Shown in pieces: positions 1 through 7,758 of a DNA stretch of 64,000 nt. A program made the translations under genes and the position numbers. The DNA is from Candidatus Spongiisociaceae bacterium (GTDB lineage: Bacteria; Actinomycetota; Acidimicrobiia; Spongiisociales; Spongiisociaceae): assembly GCA_965202665.1 (NCBI GenBank), contig OZ241841.1, positions 2,016,001-2,080,000 of the forward strand. Direction: 5' to 3'. The stretch's first letter is position 1. Every line of letters starts with the position of its first letter. Under the pieces are notes generated by a model, which was not told the DNA's origin, did no database searches, and worked only from the letters and a program-made list of their open reading frames with translations.

Positions 1-1446
1 GACATCAACTTGGAGGTGGAAAAGGGGGAAATTCACGCCATCTGCGGGGAGAACGGGGCGGGTAAGTCCACGCTGATGAAAATCCTCTACGGAATGCAAC
101 AACCGGACGAAGGCCGTATTGAGATTATGGGGGAGGAGCGGCGATTTTCCTCCCCCAAGGACGCCATCGGTTTGGGGATTGGGATGGTGCATCAGCATTT
201 TATGCTGGCCGACAACCTGACCGTGTTGGAAAACGTAATTCTGGGAGCGGAGCCGGTGATCGCCGAGGTGATTAATTTCGCCGACGCCCGGGCCCGGTTG
301 AGCGAGTTGGGGGAGGCGTACGGGCTGAAAGTGGGATTGGACGACCGGGTGGACACGTTGGAGGTGGGGGAGCGGCAACGAATAGAAATCATCAAAATCT
401 TGTACCGGGGGGCCCAGATTCTGATTCTGGATGAGCCGACCGCGGTGCTGGTCCCCCAAGAAGTGGAGGAGTTGTTCCGCAATATGCGGGAGTTGAAAGC
501 CCAGGGACACACCTTGATTTTCATCGACCACAAACTGGACGAGGTGTTGGAAATCGCCGACACCATCAGCGTGTTGCGGGGCGGCCGGTCGGTGGCGACC
601 GTCAAACCGGAGGAGGTGACCGCCGGGGACTTGGCGGAGCTGATGGTCGGTTCGGAACTGCCCAAGCCCGCCACCACTTCCACCACCGTAACCGACCGGG
701 CGGTAGTGGAAGCCTCCGATGTTTCGGCGGTGGACGAGGAGGGCGTGGAACGTTTGAAAGGGGTCAGTTTCACGGTGCACGCCGGGGAGATTGTGGGGGT
801 GGCCGGCGTGGAGGGCAACGGCCAGGCGGAACTGATAGAGGTCCTCCTGGGGATAACTCCGGCCGCCGCCGGCCGGATTTTCCTGCACGGCGAGGACGTA
901 ACCGAGCTGTCGGTGCGCAAGCGCCGGGAGGCGGGACTGGGGTACATAGCCGAGGACCGCCAACGGAGGGGGCTTCTGCTCACTTCCCCGGTGTGGGAGA
1001 ACGCCATTTTGGGTCATCAGACCCGTCCCGAGTTCGTGCGCTCCCGGGTGTGGATCAACGAACGGTCCGCCCGTCGCCATTCCGCCGGAATGGTGGACCG
1101 GTTCGATGTGCGCACCCCGGGGGTGGACACCCCCATTCACGCCCTGTCCGGCGGCAACCAGCAGAAACTGGTGGTGGGGCGGGAAATGTCGGTGGACTGC
1201 AATCCGTTGATAGCCGCCCATCCCACCCGGGGGATAGACGTGGGTTCGCAGGCCGCCATCTGGGAGGATTTGCGGGCCGCCCGGCGGGGCGGGCAAGCGG
1301 TTTTGCTGGTCTCCGCCGACCTGGAGGAGTTGATCGGATTGAGCGACTCCCTGCTGGTGATGCTTAGGGGGGAGATAGCGGCCCGCCTGGATCCTTCCCG
1401 GATCACCCCCCGCCAGTTGGGGGCCTATATGACGGGGGCGGCGTGA
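1..1446 (+). CDS. ABC transporter ATP-binding protein, two-NBD nucleoside/sugar (NupA/YufO-like) type; 5' end lies outside the window
   Basis: Walker A GENGAGKST, LDEPT Walker B, second NBD with LSGGNQQK; frame open from base 1. Confidence 0.93.
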   Translation, partial: DINLEVEKGEIHAICGENGAGKSTLMKILYGMQQPDEGRIEIMGEERRFSSPKDAIGLGIGMVHQHFMLADNLTVLENVILGAEPVIAEVINFADARARLSELGEAYGLKVGLDDRVDTLEVGERQRIEIIKILYRGAQILILDEPTAVLVPQEVEELFRNMRELKAQGHTLIFIDHKLDEVLEIADTISVLRGGRSVATVKPEEVTAGDLAELMVGSELPKPATTSTTVTDRAVVEASDVSAVDEEGVERLKGVSFTVHAGEIVGVAGVEGNGQAELIEVLLGITPAAAGRIFLHGEDVTELSVRKRREAGLGYIAEDRQRRGLLLTSPVWENAILGHQTRPEFVRSRVWINERSARRHSAGMVDRFDVRTPGVDTPIHALSGGNQQKLVVGREMSVDCNPLIAAHPTRGIDVGSQAAIWEDLRAARRGGQAVLLVSADLEELIGLSDSLLVMLRGEIAARLDPSRITPRQLGAYMTGAA

Positions 1447-2585
1447 GAGCGGCGGTCCGCATCGTGGGTCCGCCGGTGGCGGCCCTGCTGTTGGCGGCGG
1501 CGGTGGCCGGGTTGATACTCTTGATCTCCGGGGCCAATCCGCTGGTGGCCTTCGGCAACGTGTGGGAGTACGGTTCCCGGTTGGAAACCCTGCTGGAATC
1601 TTTGAACCGGGCCACTCCGCTCTACATTTCCGGGATCGCCTTCGCCATCGCCATGCGGATGAACCTGTTTCAAATCGGGGTGGAAGGGCAGTACATTCTG
1701 GCCGCCTTCATGGCCGCTTACGTGGGGGCGGCGGTGGGGCCCCTGTTCCCCCCCCTGCACATCGCCATTATCCTGCTCACCGCCATGGCGGTGGGGGCGG
1801 CCTGGGCGGGTTTGGCCGGGTTGATGAAAATCACCCGCAACGTGCACGAGGTCATCTCCACCATAATGCTCAACGCCATCGCCGTGGCGGGGGTGGTCTC
1901 CTTTCTGCTGGGCCGGTGGGCCATCCCGTTGGAGTCGCTGGACACCCGCTTGGCCGACATTCCCGAAACCGGATGGTTTCCCAGCCTCAACCCGGTGGTG
2001 GAATGGTTCACCCGCGACATCAGACGGGTGGATCTGACCTCTTTCATCTTGGTGGCGGCGGCGGTGGGGGTGGTTTACCACTTGCTGGTCAACCGCACCC
2101 GGCTGGGTTACGACCTGCGGGCCACCGGGGTCAATCCGTGGGCGGCGGAGGCCAGCGGGGTGCCTCCCAAGCGGACCATCATGCTGGCCATGTTGCTGAG
2201 CGGGGCGGTGGCGGGCTTGGTGGGGATGGCCGACCTGTTGGGCGACCAGTATTTCTACAGCCTGCGCTTCCCGCAAGGTTTGGGTTTCACCGGCATCGCG
2301 GTGGCGTTGGTGGGGCGCAACCACGCGGTGGGGGCGGCCTTTGCCGCCGTCGCCTTCGGCTGGCTGGAGCGGGCCTCCGGGGTGTTGGAAGTTCGGGGCG
2401 ACGCTCCGCGGGAGGTGGTCACCATTATGGTGGGGGTGGTGATCCTGTTCGCGGTGATCGCCTACGCCTTGGCCCAGCGCCGGCGCCGAATTGAAGCGGC
2501 GGCCGCGGCCGCCGACCAGATGAAGGAACGGGCCGTCGTCCGGGTCGGGGGATCGGGGGACGACGGGCGGGAGGCTGACATATGA
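1443..2585 (+). CDS. ABC transporter permease (nucleoside/sugar family)
   Basis: Multi-TM; LFQIGVEGQY, HEVISTIMLN and GFTGIAVALVGRN motifs; GTGA overlap with the ATPase gene. Confidence 0.9.
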   Translation: MRAAVRIVGPPVAALLLAAAVAGLILLISGANPLVAFGNVWEYGSRLETLLESLNRATPLYISGIAFAIAMRMNLFQIGVEGQYILAAFMAAYVGAAVGPLFPPLHIAIILLTAMAVGAAWAGLAGLMKITRNVHEVISTIMLNAIAVAGVVSFLLGRWAIPLESLDTRLADIPETGWFPSLNPVVEWFTRDIRRVDLTSFILVAAAVGVVYHLLVNRTRLGYDLRATGVNPWAAEASGVPPKRTIMLAMLLSGAVAGLVGMADLLGDQYFYSLRFPQGLGFTGIAVALVGRNHAVGAAFAAVAFGWLERASGVLEVRGDAPREVVTIMVGVVILFAVIAYALAQRRRRIEAAAAAADQMKERAVVRVGGSGDDGREADI

Positions 2586-3859
2586 GCATGACCGAAGAGC
2601 GGCCGCTCAGCCTTTCCCAGCCGGGGATGCTGCCCCGTTACCGGTGGATACTGTACGGGTTGAGCGGGATTATGTTGCTGGCGGTGACCCAGCAGTTCGC
2701 CGCCCTGCCCACTGAAGATCTGACCTCCAGCGGCACCTGGTCCATCGCTTTGGCTTGGTCGGTGCCCATTTTGCTGGCCGGCCTGGGCGGCATGTTCTCC
2801 GAACGGGCCGGGATCGTCAACATCGGACTGGAGGGGATGTTGATTCTCGGCACCTGGTTCGGGGCTTACGGAACGGTGGTGGCCGGGCCGTGGGCGGGGA
2901 TGCTGATGGCGGGTATCGCCGGGGCGGTGGGCGGACTGATCATGGCCGCGGCCGCGGTCGGATTCAACGTGGATCATATTATCGCCGGGGTGGCCATCAA
3001 CCTGATGGCCCCCGGTTTGACCCGCTTCCTGTCCGATGTGCATTTCTCCGACCGGGGCGGCTCCATTACCCAGTCGCCGGTCATCTCCGGGGTGAGCGAT
3101 TTCACCTTGCCCATCCTGGCGGGCGGAACCATCCTCGGATGGCGGAGCCCGGACCTGTTGGGGGCGATCGAGCGGTCGGGCTGGTTTTTCATCTCCGACT
3201 TTGCTGGCGTCCTGCGCGGGTTTGTTTTTCAGATGTCCTGGTTCACCCTGCTGGTCTACCTGTTCGTGCCCTTCTCCATTTTCCTGTTATGGCGCACCAA
3301 GTTCGGCCTGCGGTTGCGCAGTTGCGGCGAGCATCCGCAGGCGGCCGATTCCCTGGGGGTCAACGTTTACAAGTACAAGTACTACGGGGTGGTGATCAGC
3401 GGGGCCCTGGCCGGGGCGGGGGGCGGCTTTCTGGCCATTCAGCTGTCCGGCGTCTACAAGGAGGGGCAGACGCAGGGCAAAGGGTTCATCGGTTTGGCCA
3501 CCATGATTTTCGGCAACTGGAACCCGTTGGGCACTGCCCGGGGGGCCATCCTGTTCGGGTTCACGGAGACCCTGCGCTTGCGGGATCCCAACGCGGCCCA
3601 CGGGCTGTTGTTGCTGGTGGTGATCTCGGTGGGTCTTTTAATCCTGTGGCGCATCCTCCGCAAACGGGGCGTGGGAACCTGGCAGTTGGCGATTGTGGCC
3701 ATCGCCGTCGGATACTGGTATTTCAACTCCACCGGGGTGCCCAACCAGTTGCCGGCCATCACCCCCCACATCGTGGTGCTGGTGGTTCTCCTGTTCGCCA
3801 CCTCCCGATTGCGTCCGCCCGCCTCCGCCGGCCTGCCCTACCGCAAGGGCGAAGATTAG
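2582..3859 (+). CDS. ABC transporter permease (second subunit)
   Basis: SERAGIVNIGLEG, GLRLRSCGEHPQAADSLG and GKGFIGLATMIFGNW motifs; ATGA overlap. Confidence 0.9.
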   Translation: MSMTEERPLSLSQPGMLPRYRWILYGLSGIMLLAVTQQFAALPTEDLTSSGTWSIALAWSVPILLAGLGGMFSERAGIVNIGLEGMLILGTWFGAYGTVVAGPWAGMLMAGIAGAVGGLIMAAAAVGFNVDHIIAGVAINLMAPGLTRFLSDVHFSDRGGSITQSPVISGVSDFTLPILAGGTILGWRSPDLLGAIERSGWFFISDFAGVLRGFVFQMSWFTLLVYLFVPFSIFLLWRTKFGLRLRSCGEHPQAADSLGVNVYKYKYYGVVISGALAGAGGGFLAIQLSGVYKEGQTQGKGFIGLATMIFGNWNPLGTARGAILFGFTETLRLRDPNAAHGLLLLVVISVGLLILWRILRKRGVGTWQLAIVAIAVGYWYFNSTGVPNQLPAITPHIVVLVVLLFATSRLRPPASAGLPYRKGED

Positions 3860-3879
3860 CTGTTCCGCGAGGTCCCGGC

Positions 3880-4719
3880 ATGGTTGAGATCATCCCCCAC
3901 ATCGACGATATCGGGGTCACGTTGGGGTCGGTGCGGGCCATGGAGGAGCTGGCCGGCCGGGGGTTTGTCACTTCCGGTTCGGTTATGGCCCCCTGTCCCT
4001 GGTTGGCGGAGGCGGCCGCCCTGTCCGCCCGCCGCCCGGAGCTGGATCTGGGTCTGCATCTCACGCTCACCTCCGAGTCGGCGCGTATGCGCTGGCGGCC
4101 CCTTTCCACCCGCTCCCCCGCCTCCGGGTTGATCGACGGGGACGGGTTCATGTGGCCCACGGTTCCGCAGTTGCGGGCCAACGCCCATCCGGGGGCGGTG
4201 GAGGAGGAACTGGAAGCCCAGATTGAGGCGGCCCGCCGGGCGGGGATGGAGCCCACCCATCTGGATCATCATATGGGAGCGGCTTTCGCTCCCGAGTTCG
4301 CCGCTCTGACCGTGCGCATCGCCCGTCGCCGCCGGTTGCCGGTTTTGATACCGGCCGACCCGGCCGCCTACGCGGGGGTTCTGGAGTGGGGGGAGGCCGA
4401 TATGCGGGTTCTGGAGGAGGTGCGGGACCGGGAGCAAGCCGCCGGCGCGGTGTTGGCGGACCGGTTTTTGATGGGTCTGGCCTTCCAAGACGAGGAGCCC
4501 GACGCGGTTTATCGGCGTTTTTTGGCTGAAGCGGAGGGTTTGACTTTTCTGTCGTTGCACTGCGACTCCCCCGGCGAGGTTACGGCCGTCCACCCCAACG
4601 ACGCCGGCTGGCGCATCGCCGAATACGAGTGGGTCAAAGCGGGGGCCGCCCCTCTGCCCGACGGAGTCCGCCTGACGGACTTCCGGTCGCTGTCCGCCCG
4701 CTGGCGTTGGCCTGCCTAA
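3880..4719 (+). CDS. ChbG/YdjC-family carbohydrate deacetylase
   Basis: HIDDIG, TSGSVM, GLHLTL and PTHLDHHMG motifs; real start ATG 3880 inside the listed 2755..4719 ORF. Confidence 0.85.
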   Translation: MVEIIPHIDDIGVTLGSVRAMEELAGRGFVTSGSVMAPCPWLAEAAALSARRPELDLGLHLTLTSESARMRWRPLSTRSPASGLIDGDGFMWPTVPQLRANAHPGAVEEELEAQIEAARRAGMEPTHLDHHMGAAFAPEFAALTVRIARRRRLPVLIPADPAAYAGVLEWGEADMRVLEEVRDREQAAGAVLADRFLMGLAFQDEEPDAVYRRFLAEAEGLTFLSLHCDSPGEVTAVHPNDAGWRIAEYEWVKAGAAPLPDGVRLTDFRSLSARWRWPA

Positions 4720-4757
4720 AGGTTCCGAGAACAATGCAAACCCGCCCGAAATTTCGG

Positions 4758-4976
4758 AGTTTGACAGAGTTTATGCGTTTCGCATAAGGTTGATAAGGTG
4801 GGGTTAGGTTTGTATAACTCTCCATCAGCGAGGAAGTTTGACAGAGTTTATGCGTTTCGCATAAGGTTGATAAGGTGGGGTTAGGTTTGTATAACTCTCC
4901 ATCAGCGAGGAAGTTTGACAGAGTTTATGCGTTTCGCATAAGGTTGATAAAGTATAGTAAGGTCTGAATAACTATG
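4758..4976 (+). repeat. 77-bp tandem repeat: two identical units plus a third unit that diverges in its 3' half and runs into the ATPase ATG
   Basis: TTGACA recurs at 4761, 4838 and 4915 (period 77); each unit contains the palindrome TTATGCG-TTT-CGCATAA. Confidence 0.95.
4761..4970 (+). promoter_or_regulatory. Repeated sigma70/SigA-like promoters with an embedded operator-like palindrome
   Basis: Each unit has TTGACA-N18-TAAGGT with the palindrome spanning the spacer and overlapping the -10; units 1-2 also have TTGATA-N17-TATAAC. Confidence 0.6.
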
Positions 4977-6158
4977 GACGTAAACGAAAATCCGTATCGC
5001 CCCGGAGCCGGTACCAGGCCTCCGGTGCTGAGAGGACGCGATGATCTATTCGCCCGCTTCGAGGGCATAGTAGAACATGCACTCCGCGGGCGGCCCGGTA
5101 AAAGCTTGGTGTTGCTGGGCTTGCGCGGCGTCGGCAAGACCGTGTTGTTGAACCAGTTCGTCAGTCTCGCCGAGCAGAAGGGTTACAGCACGGGACATAT
5201 GGAGGCCGATGAATCCCAGGACCTGCGTTTGTTGATGGCCATGCGCCTGCGTCGGATTCTGCTGGCCTTGCAAAGACGACGCCCGTCGCAAAAAATTATG
5301 CGGGCGTTGCGGATACTGAAAGCCTTCAGCTACCAGTTGCCGGATGGTTCCCTTGTCACTTTGGATGTGGAGGCGTTGCGGGGTTACGCCGATTCCGGCG
5401 TTATCGGCGATGACCTAACGGATTTGCTGGTCGCCGTAGGGGAGGCGGCCGCAGGCCAGGAGCGAGGCGTGCTGTTGGCGGTAGATGAAATTCAGTATTT
5501 GGCGAAAGAGGAGTTGGGAGGGTTGATTGCCGCTATTCACCGTACCACCCAACTGGATCTTCCGGTGGTGCTGGTGGGAGCCGGCCTGCCCCAGTTGCCC
5601 AAATTGGCGGGTGAGGCTAAATCTTACTCGGAACGGTTGTTTGAATTTCCCTTTGTCAACTCTTTGTCGGAGGAAGACGCCGCGGCCGCCATCGCCCTGC
5701 CGGCGGCGCCGTTGGGAGTGGAGTTTGCGGACGCCGCCTTGGAAGCCATCTTCGCCAACTCAAAAGGCTATCCGTATTTTCTGCAGGGTTGGGGTTATTA
5801 CGTATGGAATGAGGCCGGCGTCTCTCCGGTTGGTCCGGAGGCGGTGCGGGCCGCGGCCGAGTTGGTCGTCAAGCATCTGGATCGCGATTTCTATGCGATG
5901 CGCTTTGATCGCTTGACTCTCAAAGAAAAAACATATTTACGGACTATGGCCGAATTCAAATCCAGCAAGATACGCTCCGGGGATATCGCCGCCCGCCTCG
6001 GGGTTCCGGTGGAGAACGCCGCTCCCCGGCGCAGCGCCTTGATCCGGAAGGGCATGATTTACAGTCCCGGGTACGGCGAGACGGCTTTCACCGTCCCCAT
6101 GTTTGACGATTTTTTGCGGCGGCAGATGCCGGATTTTCAGGCGGCGACGGGCGATTGA
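4974..6158 (+). CDS. AAA/STAND-like P-loop ATPase with probable C-terminal winged helix
   Basis: NPYRPGAG..GR N-terminus, Walker A GLRGVGKT, Walker B LLAVDEIQ, GYPYFLQ, and a wHTH-like SGDIAARLG...LIRKGMIY; codon usage more AT-rich than neighbours. Confidence 0.85.
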   Translation: MDVNENPYRPGAGTRPPVLRGRDDLFARFEGIVEHALRGRPGKSLVLLGLRGVGKTVLLNQFVSLAEQKGYSTGHMEADESQDLRLLMAMRLRRILLALQRRRPSQKIMRALRILKAFSYQLPDGSLVTLDVEALRGYADSGVIGDDLTDLLVAVGEAAAGQERGVLLAVDEIQYLAKEELGGLIAAIHRTTQLDLPVVLVGAGLPQLPKLAGEAKSYSERLFEFPFVNSLSEEDAAAAIALPAAPLGVEFADAALEAIFANSKGYPYFLQGWGYYVWNEAGVSPVGPEAVRAAAELVVKHLDRDFYAMRFDRLTLKEKTYLRTMAEFKSSKIRSGDIAARLGVPVENAAPRRSALIRKGMIYSPGYGETAFTVPMFDDFLRRQMPDFQAATGD

Positions 6159-6171
6159 CGGCTGGTTGGAT

Positions 6172-6200
6172 TTGGCGGCCGGCCGGGTATGGCGTATAAT
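6172..6200 (+). promoter_or_regulatory. Promoter of the rplJ-rplL operon
   Basis: TTGGCG-N17-TATAAT. Confidence 0.65.
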
Positions 6201-6233
6201 GCTTCCCTTGCGTCCGCTTGCGGGCGGGCGCGC

Positions 6234-6294
6234 GACCGTAGACAGCCGGCGCCGTAAAGCGTAAGCGGCCCGTTCGGGTCCGCCTGCCGAGGTC
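6234..6294 (+). ncRNA. L10 leader (ribosomal protein autoregulatory RNA)
   Basis: GACCGTAGACAG...CCTGCCGAGGTC pattern typical of L10 leaders, directly upstream of rplJ. Confidence 0.75.
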
Positions 6295-6348
6295 CTTCCC
6301 GGTCTCCGGGCGGCTGTCGCGGGTGGAGCAGAGCCAAGGAGAGACCAA

Positions 6349-7047
6349 ATGCCCCGACCGGACAAGGTCCAGGCAGTCGAAGATATCAAGCAACGGTTCC
6401 AGAATGCCTCAGCCGCTTTCCTGACTGAATATCGCGGGTTGCCGGTGGCCCGCCAGCAGGAACTGCGCGGGGCCCTGCACGACGCCGGGGCCGGATACAA
6501 GGTGCTGAAAATGTCCCTTACCCGCCGGGCGTTGGACGAGCTGGGGATGGAGGGGCTAGATGAATGGCTGACCGGCCCCACCGCCATCGCGTTCACCGGC
6601 GATGATCCCGTTCCGGCCGCCCGCGCCCTAGCCGACTTCGCCAAGGCGAACGACGCCTTTTTAATTAAGGGGGGATGGTTCAACGGGGAGGCCATCCCGT
6701 CGGAAGTGGTTTCCCGGCTGGCCAACATCGACTCCCGCGAGGCGCTGTTGGCCAAAACGGCGGGCGCTTTTAAAGGGCCCCTCAACAAGATGGCGGCGGT
6801 TATGGGTTCTTTCACCCGAGAGGCCGCCTCCCTGTTCTCCGCCCTGTTGGAACGCAAAGAGGAGATACCGTCGGAGGCCGCCCCCGTCGCCGGCGGCTCC
6901 GAAGAGCCGGCTCCGCCGGCCCAGGATGCCGCCCCGGCCCCCGATGTTGATTCCGAGTCCGTTCCTACCGCCGCGGCCGGAGAAGACGACGAAGCGGACG
7001 GGGCGGAGGGCGCCGACCCCGATCAGATCACCCAAGACAATCAATAA
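6349..7047 (+). CDS. rplJ: 50S ribosomal protein L10 with acidic C-terminal tail
   Basis: LTEYRGL, GPTAIAF and IKGG motifs; AAGGAG RBS. Confidence 0.96.
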   Translation: MPRPDKVQAVEDIKQRFQNASAAFLTEYRGLPVARQQELRGALHDAGAGYKVLKMSLTRRALDELGMEGLDEWLTGPTAIAFTGDDPVPAARALADFAKANDAFLIKGGWFNGEAIPSEVVSRLANIDSREALLAKTAGAFKGPLNKMAAVMGSFTREAASLFSALLERKEEIPSEAAPVAGGSEEPAPPAQDAAPAPDVDSESVPTAAAGEDDEADGAEGADPDQITQDNQ

Positions 7048-7063
7048 CGCGAAAGGACAAGCA

Positions 7064-7450
7064 ATGGCCAAAATGACCACCGACGAACTGCTGGGCGTGT
7101 TCGAGGAGATGACCGTCCTGGAGTTGAAAGAGTTCCTAGACGCCTTCGAGGAGCGCTTCGATGTCACCGCGGCCGCCCCGGTGGCGATGGCCGCCATGCC
7201 CGCCGGCGACGGCGCGGGCGCGGCCGAAGAAGAGGAAAAAGACGAGTTCGACGTGGTGCTCCTCGGCCCCGGCGACCAAAAGATCCAGGTGATCAAAGAA
7301 GTTCGGGCCCTCACCGGCTTGGGATTGAAGGAGGCCAAAGCGGTGGTGGACGACGCTCCGGGCGCCGTCTTGGAAGGGGCCTCCAAGGAGGAAGCGGAGG
7401 CGGCCCGGGACAAGATCGCCGCCGTGGGCGGGCAGGTGGAAATCCGATAA
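7064..7450 (+). CDS. rplL: 50S ribosomal protein L7/L12
   Basis: [18 protein letters not shown] and [20 protein letters not shown]; AAAGGA RBS before ATG 7064. Confidence 0.97.
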   Translation: MAKMTTDELLGVFEEMTVLELKEFLDAFEERFDVTAAAPVAMAAMPAGDGAGAAEEEEKDEFDVVLLGPGDQKIQVIKEVRALTGLGLKEAKAVVDDAPGAVLEGASKEEAEAARDKIAAVGGQVEIR

Positions 7451-7472
7451 CCGCCGCCGTCCGGCCCCCGAT

Positions 7473-7502
7473 TTGACAAGCCGCGCCGGCATCTGTTACG
7501 AT
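7473..7502 (+). promoter_or_regulatory. rpoBC promoter
   Basis: TTGACA-N18-TACGAT with extended -10 TG. Confidence 0.7.
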
Positions 7503-7758
7503 GGCGACACACAAGTAGATCCGGTTTCCCCGTCGCCCGCCCGCAGGCGCGCGGGTCCGGGTTGCAATAACAGCCCGCCCCAAGCCGGGCTCCCCGATCC
7601 GGTATCGGCGGCTTGCGGCGATGGAAACGGCAGGTACGGGTTGCGCCCGCCTGTCTTTGCTGTGCCAGATTAAGTCGGCCGACGTTCGATACCGGGCCCC
7701 GTCGGATGCCGGGCGGCTTGCCGGTTGCTATAGGGGGATAACCCCAAGGAGGATGCTC

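Noticed and set aside
2755-3879. 654-aa ORF suggesting a long fusion to YdjC
   Set aside because: The N-terminal part is an out-of-frame shadow of the permease; only 3880-4719 has family motifs.
4758-4950. Possible CRISPR mini-array (39-bp palindromic repeat with 38-bp spacers)
   Set aside because: The two spacers are identical and the third flank is homologous to them; no cas genes. It is a tandem duplication.
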